From NCBI GenBank assembly GCA_002269645.1, contig NIVC01001533.1, positions 62,001 through 126,000 of the forward strand: a stretch of DNA of 64,000 nucleotides. Direction: 5' to 3'. Under the pieces are notes generated by a model, which was not told the DNA's origin, made no database searches, and saw nothing but the letters and a program-made list of their open reading frames with translations. Below, piece by piece: positions 1-11,404 of this stretch. This stretch comes from Macrostomum lignano (Eukaryota). The position numbers and the translations under genes were made by a program. Every line of letters starts with the position of its first letter. Positions within the stretch are counted from its first letter, which is position 1.

Positions 1-1084
1 TTATGCAATTTAAATCAAGTCTTGTGTGCATTTCTTTGGCACTGTTTTCAACTTGTTATGGTGCTATCTTTATTAGAATTAAAATTCAATCAGTTAGGTT
101 TTTCTCTAACATTCTTACAATTGCATTTCAAGTCAAAAAAATTGCTTTAACTTTGCAAAAAAGCATGTTTTTCAAATATTTAATCTCTTTAACATCGAGC
201 AATTTCTTAGCCAAGATACATACAAGATTCTTAGCCAGGAAAATTTCTGATTGAATGGTACAAGTTTGAAAAAAATCAGTTGAGCCAATTTATATTAGTA
301 TATGTCCTATATAACAAATTATACCAAATCACATATACACATATGTGCTTTTTTACATTATTCTCCATTTTCCATTCTCCATATACTAAAAATGGTCTCT
401 CTGTGTCTATCCATGCAATCAATTAGAGAAAAAATGGCTCAACCAATTTTTTTCGAACTTGCACCATTCGATCAGAAATTTTTCCGTGATAGTACATGCA
501 TCGTTGCTAAGAAATTGCTCAATGCTAAAGGGATTACATATTTGAAAAACATGCTTTTTTACAAAGGTAAAGCAGCTCTTTCAACTTAAAATGCATTGTA
601 AGAATGCTAGCAAAAAAACTGACTGGTTGAATTCTGATTCTGAAATAGATTGCATCACAAAATGCTTTTTAATTCTTATCTGTGTACTGACTGAATTTTG
701 TGTACTGACTGAATTTTGATACTGAATTGAATTGCATCACAAAATGCAGTGTGGAAGAATAGCACAAGACTTGATTTATATTGCGTAACCACATTGCCAA
801 CTTCAATAGAGTCTGGTACTGACTTGCCTAAGAAATTGATTATGTCATAACTGCTTTTGTCATATGTCATGACTTAATTGATTTGGTGTGAGTGTTAAAT
901 TATAAGTGCTACAAATTCATTTATAAATTCAATGAGAGCTAGCCTAGATGTGAACACACTGAGACTACTAATGCAACAACCTAGGTTCAAATCTTAGCAG
1001 TGTAAAAAAGTAGTAAAAGTATAAATAAATAAATGCAGCATACATTTTTATTGAAAGCTTTTATTAAAGGACTAATAAAAAACA

Positions 1085-1480
1085 TCTGGATTATGGCGCT
1101 TGATAAACCAATGAGTATTGCACTTGATAAGCCAAGGATTTTTGCATTTGATAAACCAAGGATTATTGCACTTGATAAACCAAGGAATACTGCACTTGAT
1201 AAGCCATGGATTATTGCACTTTGATAATAAGGAATATTGCACTAGATAAACCAAACAATATTGCACTTGCTAATCTAAGGATTATTGCACTAGATTAGAA
1301 AGGGCTATTGCAGTAACTGTGACATCGATTTTTGGACTTGATGAGTAAAGGATTATTGCACTAGATGAGAAAATGATTATTTCACTAGCTGAAAAGCTGA
1401 TTATTGTGCTGTCTAAAAAGAGATTATTGTGGTAGCTGAGATGTAGATTGTTGCACAACCCAAGAAAATGATTATTGCAT
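1085..1480 (+). repeat. Degenerate ~24-bp minisatellite (GGATTATTGCACTTGATAAACCAA)
   Basis: Repeated GGATTATTGCACT core; copies decay toward the 3' end. Confidence 0.8.
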
Positions 1481-1944
1481 GAGTGGGGCACTAACTATTT
1501 GCTATCTGGTAGATACTTGCTATTTGGAGGGATGCTTGTTATTTGCCAAATGCTTTGTATCTGTAGATGCTTCTATCTAGGGGATGCTTGCTATTTGCAG
1601 GATGCTTGCTATCTGGGTAGATGTTTGCTACGAGTATTGGGAGATGCTTGCTAACTATGGTTGCTTTTTTGGAGAGGGGTATTTGCTATATAGTGGGATG
1701 CTTGCTGTATAGGAATATTTTCTATTTAGAGGGAATGTCTATTGTCTTTGTGAAAGCTATATTTTGTTGTCTGTTTGTTAATTTTGGAAAAAAGAGATTC
1801 ATTGTAAATATCATTGTCCGTGACAATTTTACATGAAAAAGGTGATTTTTAAAACTGAAAAAAAGAAAATGTGCTGTTTTAATTGTTTTCTATTATCTAT
1901 CTAGGGGGTGCCCAATAAGCAAATAAGCAAAGGGGGCACCCCAA

Positions 1945-2690
1945 AGGCCATCAAAGCTTGGATGGTGGGGTGCCACCAACTGGAGTCCACTGGGCCGACT
2001 GCTGCTTAGTCTCTGGGTCAAAACTATAGATCCCGGACTCATCACCACTGAGTTTGAGCTGCCTCCATTGAATCTGTCAAGCATAGTGCGGCACCAGGTC
2101 ACCTGAGCCTCTTTTTGCTCCGGAGCCAACTGATGAGGCACCCAGCATGCAGAAATCTTGCTCAGGTTGAGCTGTGAATGCAGGACCGTCCTGATGGATC
2201 CTGATGAGATGCCCACTTCTGCCTCTATCTGGGCCACAGTCACTTGGGTATCATCCTCAACCATGGCCCAGACAGCAGCAACATTATTCTCAGTCATTGC
2301 GGAGACAGACTGGCCACTGCGCTCCTCATCATCCAGACTCTGCCTGCCACATCGAAATTCAGCAAACCAGTCAAAAAACGGTGGATCTAAAAGGTTCTTC
2401 ATCCCTAAAAGCTGCTTGCAATTGCTCAAGACTTTCTTGCTGCCGCAAACCACTTTTAAAATTGTAATAAATCATTGCTCTAAAATGAATCCTATTGAGC
2501 TCCATTGTGAATTTTATAGATAAGGTGGCTATTCTAGCTTGGTTTGGGTGCTGCACTGACTATATATGACCAGTGTGTTTGAAAGTATACAAACATTGTA
2601 CTTATCTAATGTACTTGACACCTATGGTGTCAGATTTTGTCAGCCGCCTCTCAACTATGCATACCCAGAAACTTATTGCTCAGCCCTTGT
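1945..2690 (-). pseudogene. Truncated, frameshifted mariner (Tc1/mariner) transposase remnant with a probable 5' TIR
   Basis: ATG at 2505 gives MELNRIHFRAMIYYNFKSGL..STVF/DWFAEFRCGRQSLDDEERSG (HTH), the WVPHQL motif, and GDESGIYSFDPETKQQSAQW (first catalytic Asp) in a shifted frame. There is a +1 T at 2373-2378, a deletion before GDE, and a stop near 1950. A TIR-like AGGGCTGAGCAATAAGTTTCTGG lies on the - strand at ~2665-2688. Confidence 0.85.
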
Positions 2691-3699
2691 TTACTGAATC
2701 CTGCATGTGAATGGGATGAAAAAGGCCATGAAGACTAATCTATCAACTGGTACCCCCTTTCTGCAGCTGAAGAGCAAAAGCCATTGCTCCTACAAAATGG
2801 AAACTTGGTCATGTAACTTCTGGAGAAGTTAATGATTTTTCTGGTGTGCATTGGATAATAGAAGAAAATTTACCAGCAATCTTAAGTGTAGTCTGGGGAT
2901 TAGGTAATATGCAGCTGCAGCACATTCAAGGGAACTAGAAGCACCACCATCCCAATGTTCAGCAAGCTCATATAGAGAGGGACTATTAATGGCGGTGCAA
3001 AATCCAGAGGTTGTTGGTTCTAATAGAGATCTATCTGTGTAGAATTCAAAAACTAAGATTCATGGTACAGATGCAACAACCCACATATATTGCTCTTCTC
3101 AAAAAATCCAGCTGAAATAGAAGCTGTTTTTGAAATGAATGAAGAAACTAGACGTCTTGAGACAGAATTTTTATGATGGCACAATGCTCATGCTGAATAT
3201 ATTGCTATAGAATATTGCCCATCAACTGATGCTGATACTGAAACGCGGATCCAATGACCACATATAGCCATTCATTTGGACTCAGATTCGGAGACTGAGA
3301 CTGATGGCCAAAGAAGTGAGAGTCTTCCACTAGTTACAAATAGTTACCTAATGATATATTTCTGGATGCTTAAGAAGAGCAAACCAATAATGTACTTCTA
3401 AAGATTTAAGCAACTGTTAGTCATAGAAACAAGACAAAGCATGATATGCTCAAAGATTTATTTACTCAAAATGTGACAATTATGAGTTGTTTTGCAAGTC
3501 TATAGGGCATTACAATAGATAAAGTATCTGTGATGACAGGAAGTTGAGTTGGACTTAAAAGTTTGCTAAAACCATGGGCAAGAAAAAATTTCTTTTAACA
3601 CCATTGTGCTGCACATAAATTGGAGCCATCTATGTATCATGCCTTCAAAAATTTGCCATATATACAACACCTAGATACACTACTACAATGCCTAGACAA

Positions 3700-4330
3700 C
3701 AGGCAAGAAATCTCCCGATTGCGACTTAGTTCCTCCTGATTGCAACTTAGTTCCTCTCGATTGCGACTTAGTTCCTCCTGATTGCAACTTAGTTCCTCCT
3801 GATTGCAACTTAGTTCTTTCTAATTGGGACTTAGTTCCTCCTGATTGCAACTTAGTTCCTCTTGATTGCGACTGGGGCCTAGTTCCTCCTAATTGCAACT
3901 TAGTTCCTCCCGATTATGACTTAGTTCCTCCTGATTGCAGCTTAGTTCCTCTCAATTGCAACTTAGTTCCTCCTGATTGCGACTTAGTTCCTCCTAATTG
4001 CAACTTGTTTCCTCCCGATTGCAACTTAGTTCCTCCTGATTGCGACTTAGTTCCTCCTGACTGCGACTTAGTTCCTCCTAATTGCAACTTAGTTAGTTCC
4101 TCCTGATTGCGACTTAGTTCCTCTTAATTGCAACTTAGTTCCTCTGTTCTCTTTTCTTCTCTTTATCTTTCTTTTTCCTCTTTCCACTCTCTCTTCTTCC
4201 TCCTTTCTTTTCCTTTTCTCTCTATCTCCTTTCTTTCTTCCCTTAATATTTTTTTGTTTTTTCATTTTTGATTTTGCGACTTACCTTGGCAGGCGGCCAT
4301 TTCACCTGTCTAGTTCGGATAGGTGTTTGG
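3700..4330 (+). mobile_element. Dispersed non-autonomous element, copy A: 21-bp minisatellite + CT tract + TTTTGCGACTTACC motif + terminal hairpin
   Basis: (GATTGCAACTTAGTTCCTCCT)n at 3710-4140, CT tract at 4140-4240, stem CACCTGTC..GATAGGTG at 4303-4325. Architecture is shared with 6740-7150 and 61815-62130. Confidence 0.6.
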
Positions 4331-5121
4331 GTGCATGTATGAGTAGGCCTAAAAATAAAATGCTATGAAAAAAAATTTAAATGCAATTATTTAATATACT
4401 AGAGACCAGTGCTTCTAGAAAAAAATTTATGGGGATCATAAATTGAAACTTGACCTGCTTGGGGATCATCTAACAAAACAATGACAAATCTTTATGTATC
4501 AGGTTCTACTAGGTTCAAAAAATTGAAAATAAGGAACAATATTTTATAGCCCCTAAGTTATTTATGAATTAGGCCTAGCTCATTAGCTTAATGTGACACT
4601 GTGACAGTGAAGTCAAAAGAAAACTGTAGTAAAACAAAATAGGCCCTAGGCCCCTAGCTTACTTACTACCTAGTCTAGTCATAGAAAAGTGAAAACGAAG
4701 AAAAGGCAACCATTCTTATTAGGCATTAATTCATTTTACTGAGGTTGACAATGATCGGCATAGATCCCCTATGCAAAACGATAAAACATTACTACTAGCC
4801 GTAAATGTCCACTCAGTTCATTCATTTTGACATAGAATACGCTGTAACACTGGCATACAATGTTACATAGTCCAGTCACAGAATAATTAGAATATAAGTT
4901 AAGTTTATCTTAATGAGATCAGAGCCAGAGATAGTAAATAATTAAGTTGGCTCAGGCAGGGAGCCTGTTTGGCAAGTATATGTCAGTGTATTTATTAAAA
5001 ATTCAAAAGTAGAAGGAAAACCTTATGCATAAACTGTTCTGACGCATTTGTTTCCCCATTGATATTCACATTGATATTCAAATTTTAACAAAAGCAAAAT
5101 ACTAAAAGCAACCAGTAGCAT

Positions 5122-5820
5122 GAAACTTTACACAGAGTAAACTGCAACCGTGAAACGACTATTGGTCAAGTTTCAGCTCGATATGTAACTTTGGCTCTGA
5201 GCAGGAGCGATTTTTGATGTGTTCTATTTAAAATACATGTGATTCCAAAATTTGTATTGATATTCGAGTACAGGTACTTCTACTTCACTGATCTTGACGA
5301 AACTTTACACAGAGTAAACTGCAACCGTGAAACGACTATTGGTCAAGTTTCAGCTCGATATGTAACTTTGGCTCTGAGCAGGAGCGATTTTTGATGTGTT
5401 CCATTTAAAATACATGTGATTCCAAAATTCGTATTGATATTCGAGTACAGGTACTTCTGCTTCACTGATCTTGACGAAACTTTACACAGAGTAAACTGCA
5501 ACCGTGAAACGACTATTGGTCAAGTTTCAGCTCGATATGTAACTTTGGCTCTGAGCAGGAGCGATTTTCGATGTGTTCTATTTAAAATACATGTGATTCC
5601 AAAATTCGTATTGATATTCGAGTACTCCTGCTCAGAGCCAAAGTTACATATCAAGCTGAAACTTGACCAATAGTCGTTTCACGGTTGCAGTTTACTCTGT
5701 GTAAAGTTTCGTCAAGATCAGTGAAGCAGAAGTACCTGTACTCAAATATCAATATGAATTTTGGAATCACATGTATTTTAAATGGAACACATCGAAAATC
5801 GCTCCTGCTCAGAGCCAAAG
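5122..5820. repeat. 177-bp satellite-like repeat: ~2.8 direct copies followed by ~1.1 inverted copies
   Basis: GAAACTTTACACAGAG starts at 5122, 5299 and 5476 (period 177). Sequence from 5625 to 5820 is the reverse complement of the unit. Confidence 0.9.
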
Positions 5821-5954
5821 CCTAGCTCTCCAATGTTTTTGTGTTGTAGTTGTGTGCAAATTGTTTGATATTTTGCGTATGTTTAGAATCTTCAGATCTT
5901 TCTTTTCTATCTTCTATAAGGTCACAGATTCAGATATGTCTGTCATGTCATATG

Positions 5955-6532
5955 CCATAGTCAGGAAGGTGTCCTATACGCTGGAAAATTCCAGCGTGCA
6001 TTTACATTAGATAAATTTTGGCGTACATTATTGGCGTGCAAATTTTGGTACGCCAAAATGATTGGCGTACCTATTGGATAGCATTCTTGTACGCCGTACA
6101 AAGGGTTATTGTTCAAATTGCTTTGTTGTGTCGTGATAATACAATACTGAAATACGTTATACGTGAAGTAAAAAAAAATGATATTAAAAATCTTTTTTAG
6201 TTATCTTACTTTTTTTAGAATTTAATGCTCAAGGGGAAATTTATTTATAAAGTAAATTTGCAAATATAATCTAAAACCCCTCGCTTTAATTTAGTACAAT
6301 TTTTACTTTGTTTATTAACACTTATTTTCCGCTACAGTTTAAATAAAGAAATTAATCGTAATTTTTTAATAGCGATTTATTACCGAATGCTACAAAATAT
6401 ACATTTAAACAACTTGGCGTACCTGTAGAGTTTGGAAAATCGAGTTACGAAAGATCGGCGTACATCAGCCTGCACATGAAGCCTTTCCTCGGCGTACATT
6501 CCAGGGTGTATGGGACACCTTCCTGACTATGG
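5955..6532. mobile_element. 578-bp MITE with ~25-bp TIRs and 8-bp TSD (hAT/P-like)
   Basis: TIRs CCATAGTCAGGAAGGTGTCCTATAC / GTATGGGACACCTTCCTGACTATGG; TSD GTCATATG at 5947-5954 and 6533-6540; multiple subterminal GGCGTAC motifs. Confidence 0.9.
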
Positions 6533-6739
6533 GTCATATGCCTATGTAGTCAGTGTGACATGTCACAGGAAGATGCCAATTTCACAGAAAATTGTGATGC
6601 AAATGAGAGTTGACATGCGCTAGGCCCCTACACTGGGGCATTCTGGCGCAACAGTAGGCAAAGGAAAAAAATCCAACACTCAGCACAATAATATGGTGCA
6701 TACATGCGCAACTGCTGGCCGACCTGGCCGATCCGGCCA

Positions 6740-7150
6740 CCGTAAATCGTGGCTGACCAGGGGTAAGTCGCAAAATTGAGTCAACCAAAAACAGAAAAAC
6801 ACAAGAACCAAGAAAGGCAAGAGGAAAGCGAAAGAAAGAGCAGTTCAGGGAAAATGGTGAAGCAAAAGAAAAACAATTCGCAAAAGCAAACTAAGTTGTA
6901 AAAATAATCAGGTAAGTCGCAAAAAGGATCAGGTAAGTCGCAACAGGATTAGGTAAGTCGCAAAAGAAGCAAACTAAGTCGCAAAAAGGATTAGGTAAGT
7001 CGCAAAAAGGATTAGGTAAGTCGCAAAAAGGATTAGGTAAGTCGCAAAAAGGATTAGGTAAGTCGCAAAAAGGATTAGGTAAGTCGCAAAAAGGATTAGG
7101 TAAGTCGCAAAAAGGATCAGCTAAGTCGCAATAAGAGGGAAGTAAGTCAC
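6740..7150 (-). mobile_element. Dispersed non-autonomous element, copy B (inverted), with 21-bp array AGGATTAGGTAAGTCGCAAAA
   Basis: GGTAAGTCGCAAAATTG (reverse complement of CAATTTTGCGACTTACC), then a purine tract, then the 21-bp array at ~6910-7130. Confidence 0.55.
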
Positions 7151-7289
7151 AATCAGAGGCAATCAGGGGGTAGTAGGTGCAAGTGTGGCAGGAGAGCAAA
7201 AACAGAATAGAAGCCTTCAACCACAGACAAGATCTTTGAAATCAGAAGCCCGCGTCAACAGTTTCCCATTGATTTCTTAAACTCTGGAG

Positions 7290-8060
7290 CAGGGGTCGGC
7301 AAACTCCAGCTCGCGAAGCCCCTCTATCTGGCCCTCGCCCCTTGGGTTCTTTGAAACTTCCTAACTACGAGTAGCAAGGTTGGTGTCTCTTCAACTCTCA
7401 TCTCTCTCTTCTTCTCTACCTTGCCTCCCCTCTTCTCTCTCTCCCCCTTTTCCCTCTTCTCTCTCCTCTCATTTTTACTCTCCTCTCTTCTCCCCCTTTC
7501 TCTCTACCCTTTCTCCTCAATGCCCTCTTCTCTCCTCTTATCTTCAGCAAAAATATGTGCATATTTTCTTACTTCAAAGTAGAGGGAATAGAAGATTAGA
7601 GATAAGCAAACAGAGGAGGCGAGCGATGCGATGGGAGAAAAGATAGAAGAGGAGAGAAAAGCTGAGGGAGGAAAAAGAGATGAGAGAGAAGAGGAGATGA
7701 GAGGAAAGAGGAAAGAAAAGATGATGGATGAGATCAGAAGAGAGGAAAGAGGAAAGAGGAGAGAGTAGATGAGAGAAGAGAGGATAAAGAGGAGATGAGA
7801 GGAAAGTGAAGAGAGGAGAGATGAGAGAGTAGAAAAGAGAGGAGAGATAAGATGAGAGAGTAGAGTGGAGAGAGACGAGAGGGAAGATAAGATGAGAGAG
7901 TAGAGTGGAATGGAGAGAGACGAGAGGAGAGATAAGAATGTAGAGAGGAGACAGAAGAGATAGGAGAGGAGAGGAAAGAGAGGAGAGAGGAGAGGAAAGA
8001 GAGAAGGGATAAGGGATGAGAGAGAAAAGAAAAAGAGGATGAGAAGATTGAGGAATGGAG
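7290..8060 (+). mobile_element. hAT-type MITE left end followed by CT-rich and GA-rich low-complexity tracts
   Basis: CAGGGGTCGGCAAACT at 7290 resembles the TIR at 42682. CT tract at 7380-7545, GA tract at 7590-8060. No matching right TIR found. Confidence 0.45.
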
Positions 8061-9756
8061 AGAATTTGCAAAGGCCTCAAATCTTAGTTTAACATGCATT
8101 ACTCCCATCTTTGCCTTTTTCCTAACTGTTAACAAGTTTTTGTTTGAGCATGACTTCAAATTTAGAATCTATGCAAAAATAGTTCCGGGAATTAGAATTC
8201 AGTGGTTTAAAAATCTGTGGGTTTTCACAGCTTGTATCTCTATAGGATTCGTATTCTGCATCTGATGAGCCATCTGAATCAGGGCTCTCATCTTCCATGC
8301 CAAATTGTCTAGCAAATCGTTCTTGAGCTATAGGTCACACTGTATTCACTTCACTTACTTCTGGACATTCATGAATCATGACTTTTGTAGTATGCTCACT
8401 ACACTGTACTGACAATTTACTAATTGCTTCATGCCGCCACTAGATGACATACTGATTAGCTGTTATAAAAAACGCGAAATCTGCACGCAGCACTAATTAG
8501 CTGGCGAGGCATTTAGCTTTAAAAATGTGGTCATAGTTACTCCTGCCGTTTACCTAAAGTTTTTGCTTGGCTCTTTCATAGGTAAGTCGCATTTTTTATC
8601 GAAAACTAAGTCGCACGGCCAGCGTAATTTCAGAAGTTGCGCATGTATGATATGGTGCAAGACATAAAAAATGTGCAATTTGTTGCAAAACAAAAACTTT
8701 CACTTCAGTGAGACAATATTTTTGCAGAAAAAATTAGCATGTAATTTCTTTTATTAGCATTTTTTGTTTGCTAGTATAGGCCTTTTGATGGCATTTTTGA
8801 TTAAAATACATTAACAATGCATTTTCTATGAAACATTCAAATATAAGTTTTACCAGTAGCAGTATTTTTCAAACAAAAAACACTGATTTTTGTGGTTTTG
8901 TCATTTAAAAAAAGTTCTAGCACATGTTGCAAGCAAACTTTTTTTGATAGGATTTGTTCTGGCGCATGGTGCAATGCAATCAAACTTTTTGATAGGATTT
9001 TTTAGTGTAGGCATGCGATGATCCTGACTATGATGATATGATATATGCATGTAGGCCTTAGGGCTAGGCCATAGTTTGGATCGTATATTGGTATATACCA
9101 GGTTTAATACTAAAAAAAATTATGAGACCTTGTTTATATAATAATATACTTTACTAGGTTTTTGTGCCAATATAAATTTTTTTTATTAGCACAATTTTTC
9201 CACTATGTCATAGGGCCTATACACCAGGATATAAACTAATAGAATACCAAAAAATAATGAATACCTTAGGTCTATTGTATATCAGGATATCTGGCAATTT
9301 TTCTCTTTCATTCATTAAATTATTTTTTTGTATACAAATAGTAAAAACTTGAAGCAAAAAAAACAATAATAGTATGTTGTGGAAACCTTTGTAGCCTTTA
9401 GTTTAGAAACATATGAAATTAAAATAGCACCAAAGTATATAAGAAAGTAAAGCAACAACTGTATTTTAGCAATTGTTTAGGCCTATGGTTAAAACTGCAA
9501 GGATATCACTAGAAAACATAATGAAGTTCAAAAATCAAAACTTTGAAGTTTGATTTATTTAGGGGGTAATAGTGGGCAATCCAATAGAGTATGTTGCCAA
9601 AGGTGTTCTGTGGGTACATCTTCTGCCACATAAATTCCTTAAGATATGACTCAAAGAGGGCCTGGCTTATACTATGCATAGCTCAGAACTTTGCCTTACA
9701 GTGTGCCCATGTCCTTTTGTTGAGGTTTGTGTGTACAGTTGGGTCTTGAACATACA

Positions 9757-9910
9757 TGCACAACTTTGGGAATCACCTGGCGGTTTTTATTGGCAACATA
9801 TATATGTAAGTTGCTATTGGCTGAGAGCAATCACATGACTACTATTCCATCCAATAGCGACTTACATGTGTGTTGCCAATAGAAATGGCTAGGTGAATCC
9901 CAAGGTTGCA
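9757..9910 (+). other. Imperfect ~150-nt inverted repeat/hairpin
   Basis: Arms 9757-9820 and 9851-9910 are complementary with a 30-nt loop. Confidence 0.75.
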
Positions 9911-10190
9911 CCCAACGCCCAAGCATGACTGTAAATATAGGTGCTACAGGGCAACCGGCCATATTGTTGAATATAATTGTGTTTTTAAGTAGTAGCTGAC
10001 TAAAAACTTAAGAGGACTTGTAAATTATTTTCTTCATACCCCCTTCTAGTTTTCTAGTGATATCCCCACAGTTTTAACCATAGACAGTTGTTGTTTCATT
10101 TTCTTACACACCTTGGTGCTATTTCAATTTCATGCTTTTCTAAATGCTACAAAGATTTCCACAACATACTGTTATCGTTTTTTGTCATTT

Positions 10191-11404
10191 AAAGTGGGAG
10201 CACAAACTTTGCCAGCCAGAAAATTGCTAGCCAAGAAAGTTGCCAGCTAGAAAGTTGCCAGCCAAGAACTTTGCCAGCTGGAAAGTTGCTAGCTGAGAAC
10301 TTTGCAAGCCAGAAAGTTGCTAGCTGGGAAAGTTGCCAGTCAAGAAATTTGCTAGCCGGAAAGGTTGCTAGCCAGAAAGTTGCTAGCCAGAAAGTTGCTA
10401 GCTAGAAGGTTGCCAGCCGAGAAAATTTTCAGCAAGAGAGATACCAGCTCAGAATTTCATCAGCTGTCTAAGTTTACATTAATAAATAAATCAATTATAA
10501 TAGCTAAAGTATAAAATAATATATTTACGAGTTTTTTTTTTCTATTAGGTGGCGCTGCATAAACCTTTGTTTAAAAAACTTTTAGCAATTAAATACATGT
10601 GGCTAAAAACAAGAGTCCTCAATATTCTGTTGCAAAATTATTGAAGCAGTTGAGCTCAGTTTTGCTTGGTACATATGCAAATATACAGTATGGCACTAAT
10701 GACTTTTAATAATTGATAATACATATTACTATATATGTCTTTAGAAAGCTAAGAAAAGACATGCAAAGAAGGATAGACAAGCCCCTCAGAACCCCCACCC
10801 CCTTATCTTTGGCTGGGTAGAAGGCTAGTAGGGGCCAGCACTCCAGTCTTTAGGGAAAGTGCAGTTTATTAGCCTTGTAGGATATATTCACTCTAGAAAT
10901 TTGCAATTATGTTATTATTATTTAAAACTAATAGTGCATAATATTTCCATGTGTTACCAAGCAAAACTGAGATAAACTGCCACATGTATTCAATTGCTAA
11001 AAGTTTTTTTTTAATACAGGTCTTTTATGCAGCCTAACTAAATAAAAAATGTATACTTTAGCTCTTCAATTGATTAATTATAATTGTGTAACATTAGACA
11101 GCAGATAAAATTCTGAGCTGGTATCTTTCTTGCTGAAAAATTTCTTGGCTGGCAACCTTCCTGACTGGCAACTTTCCAGCTAGCAACCTTCTGGCTGGCG
11201 GCAACCTTCCTAGCTGGCAACTTTCCAGCTAGCAACCTTCCAGCTGGCAAAGTTCTTGGCTAGCAACTTTCTTGGCTAGCAACTTTCTGGCTGGCAACTT
11301 TCTTGGCTAGCAACTTTTTGGCTGGCAACTTTCTTGGCTAGCAACTTTCTCGGCTAGCAACTTTCTGGCTAGCAACTTTCTAGCTGGCAAAGTTCGTAGA
11401 CCCG
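10191..11404. mobile_element. Foldback-like palindromic element (~1.2 kb) whose arms carry 15-16-bp tandem repeats
   Basis: Left (AAAGTTGCCAGCTAG)n vs right (CTAGCTGGCAACTTT)n. Complementarity continues inward (GATACCAGCTCAGAATT, GCAATTAAATACATGTGGC, TTTTGCTTGGTA) to a ~190-bp spacer. TTTAAA occurs on both outer flanks. Confidence 0.8.

Noticed and set aside
2700-3350. Stop-interrupted acidic reading frame (EMNEETRRLETEFL*WHNAHAEY..DSDSETETD)
   Set aside because: It may be a decayed transposon ORF, but I recognise no motif that supports a call.
8100-8480. Minus-strand broken frame with ESPDSDGSSDAEYE, reminiscent of piggyBac N-termini
   Set aside because: Low-complexity similarity only, with stops and no catalytic region or TIR.
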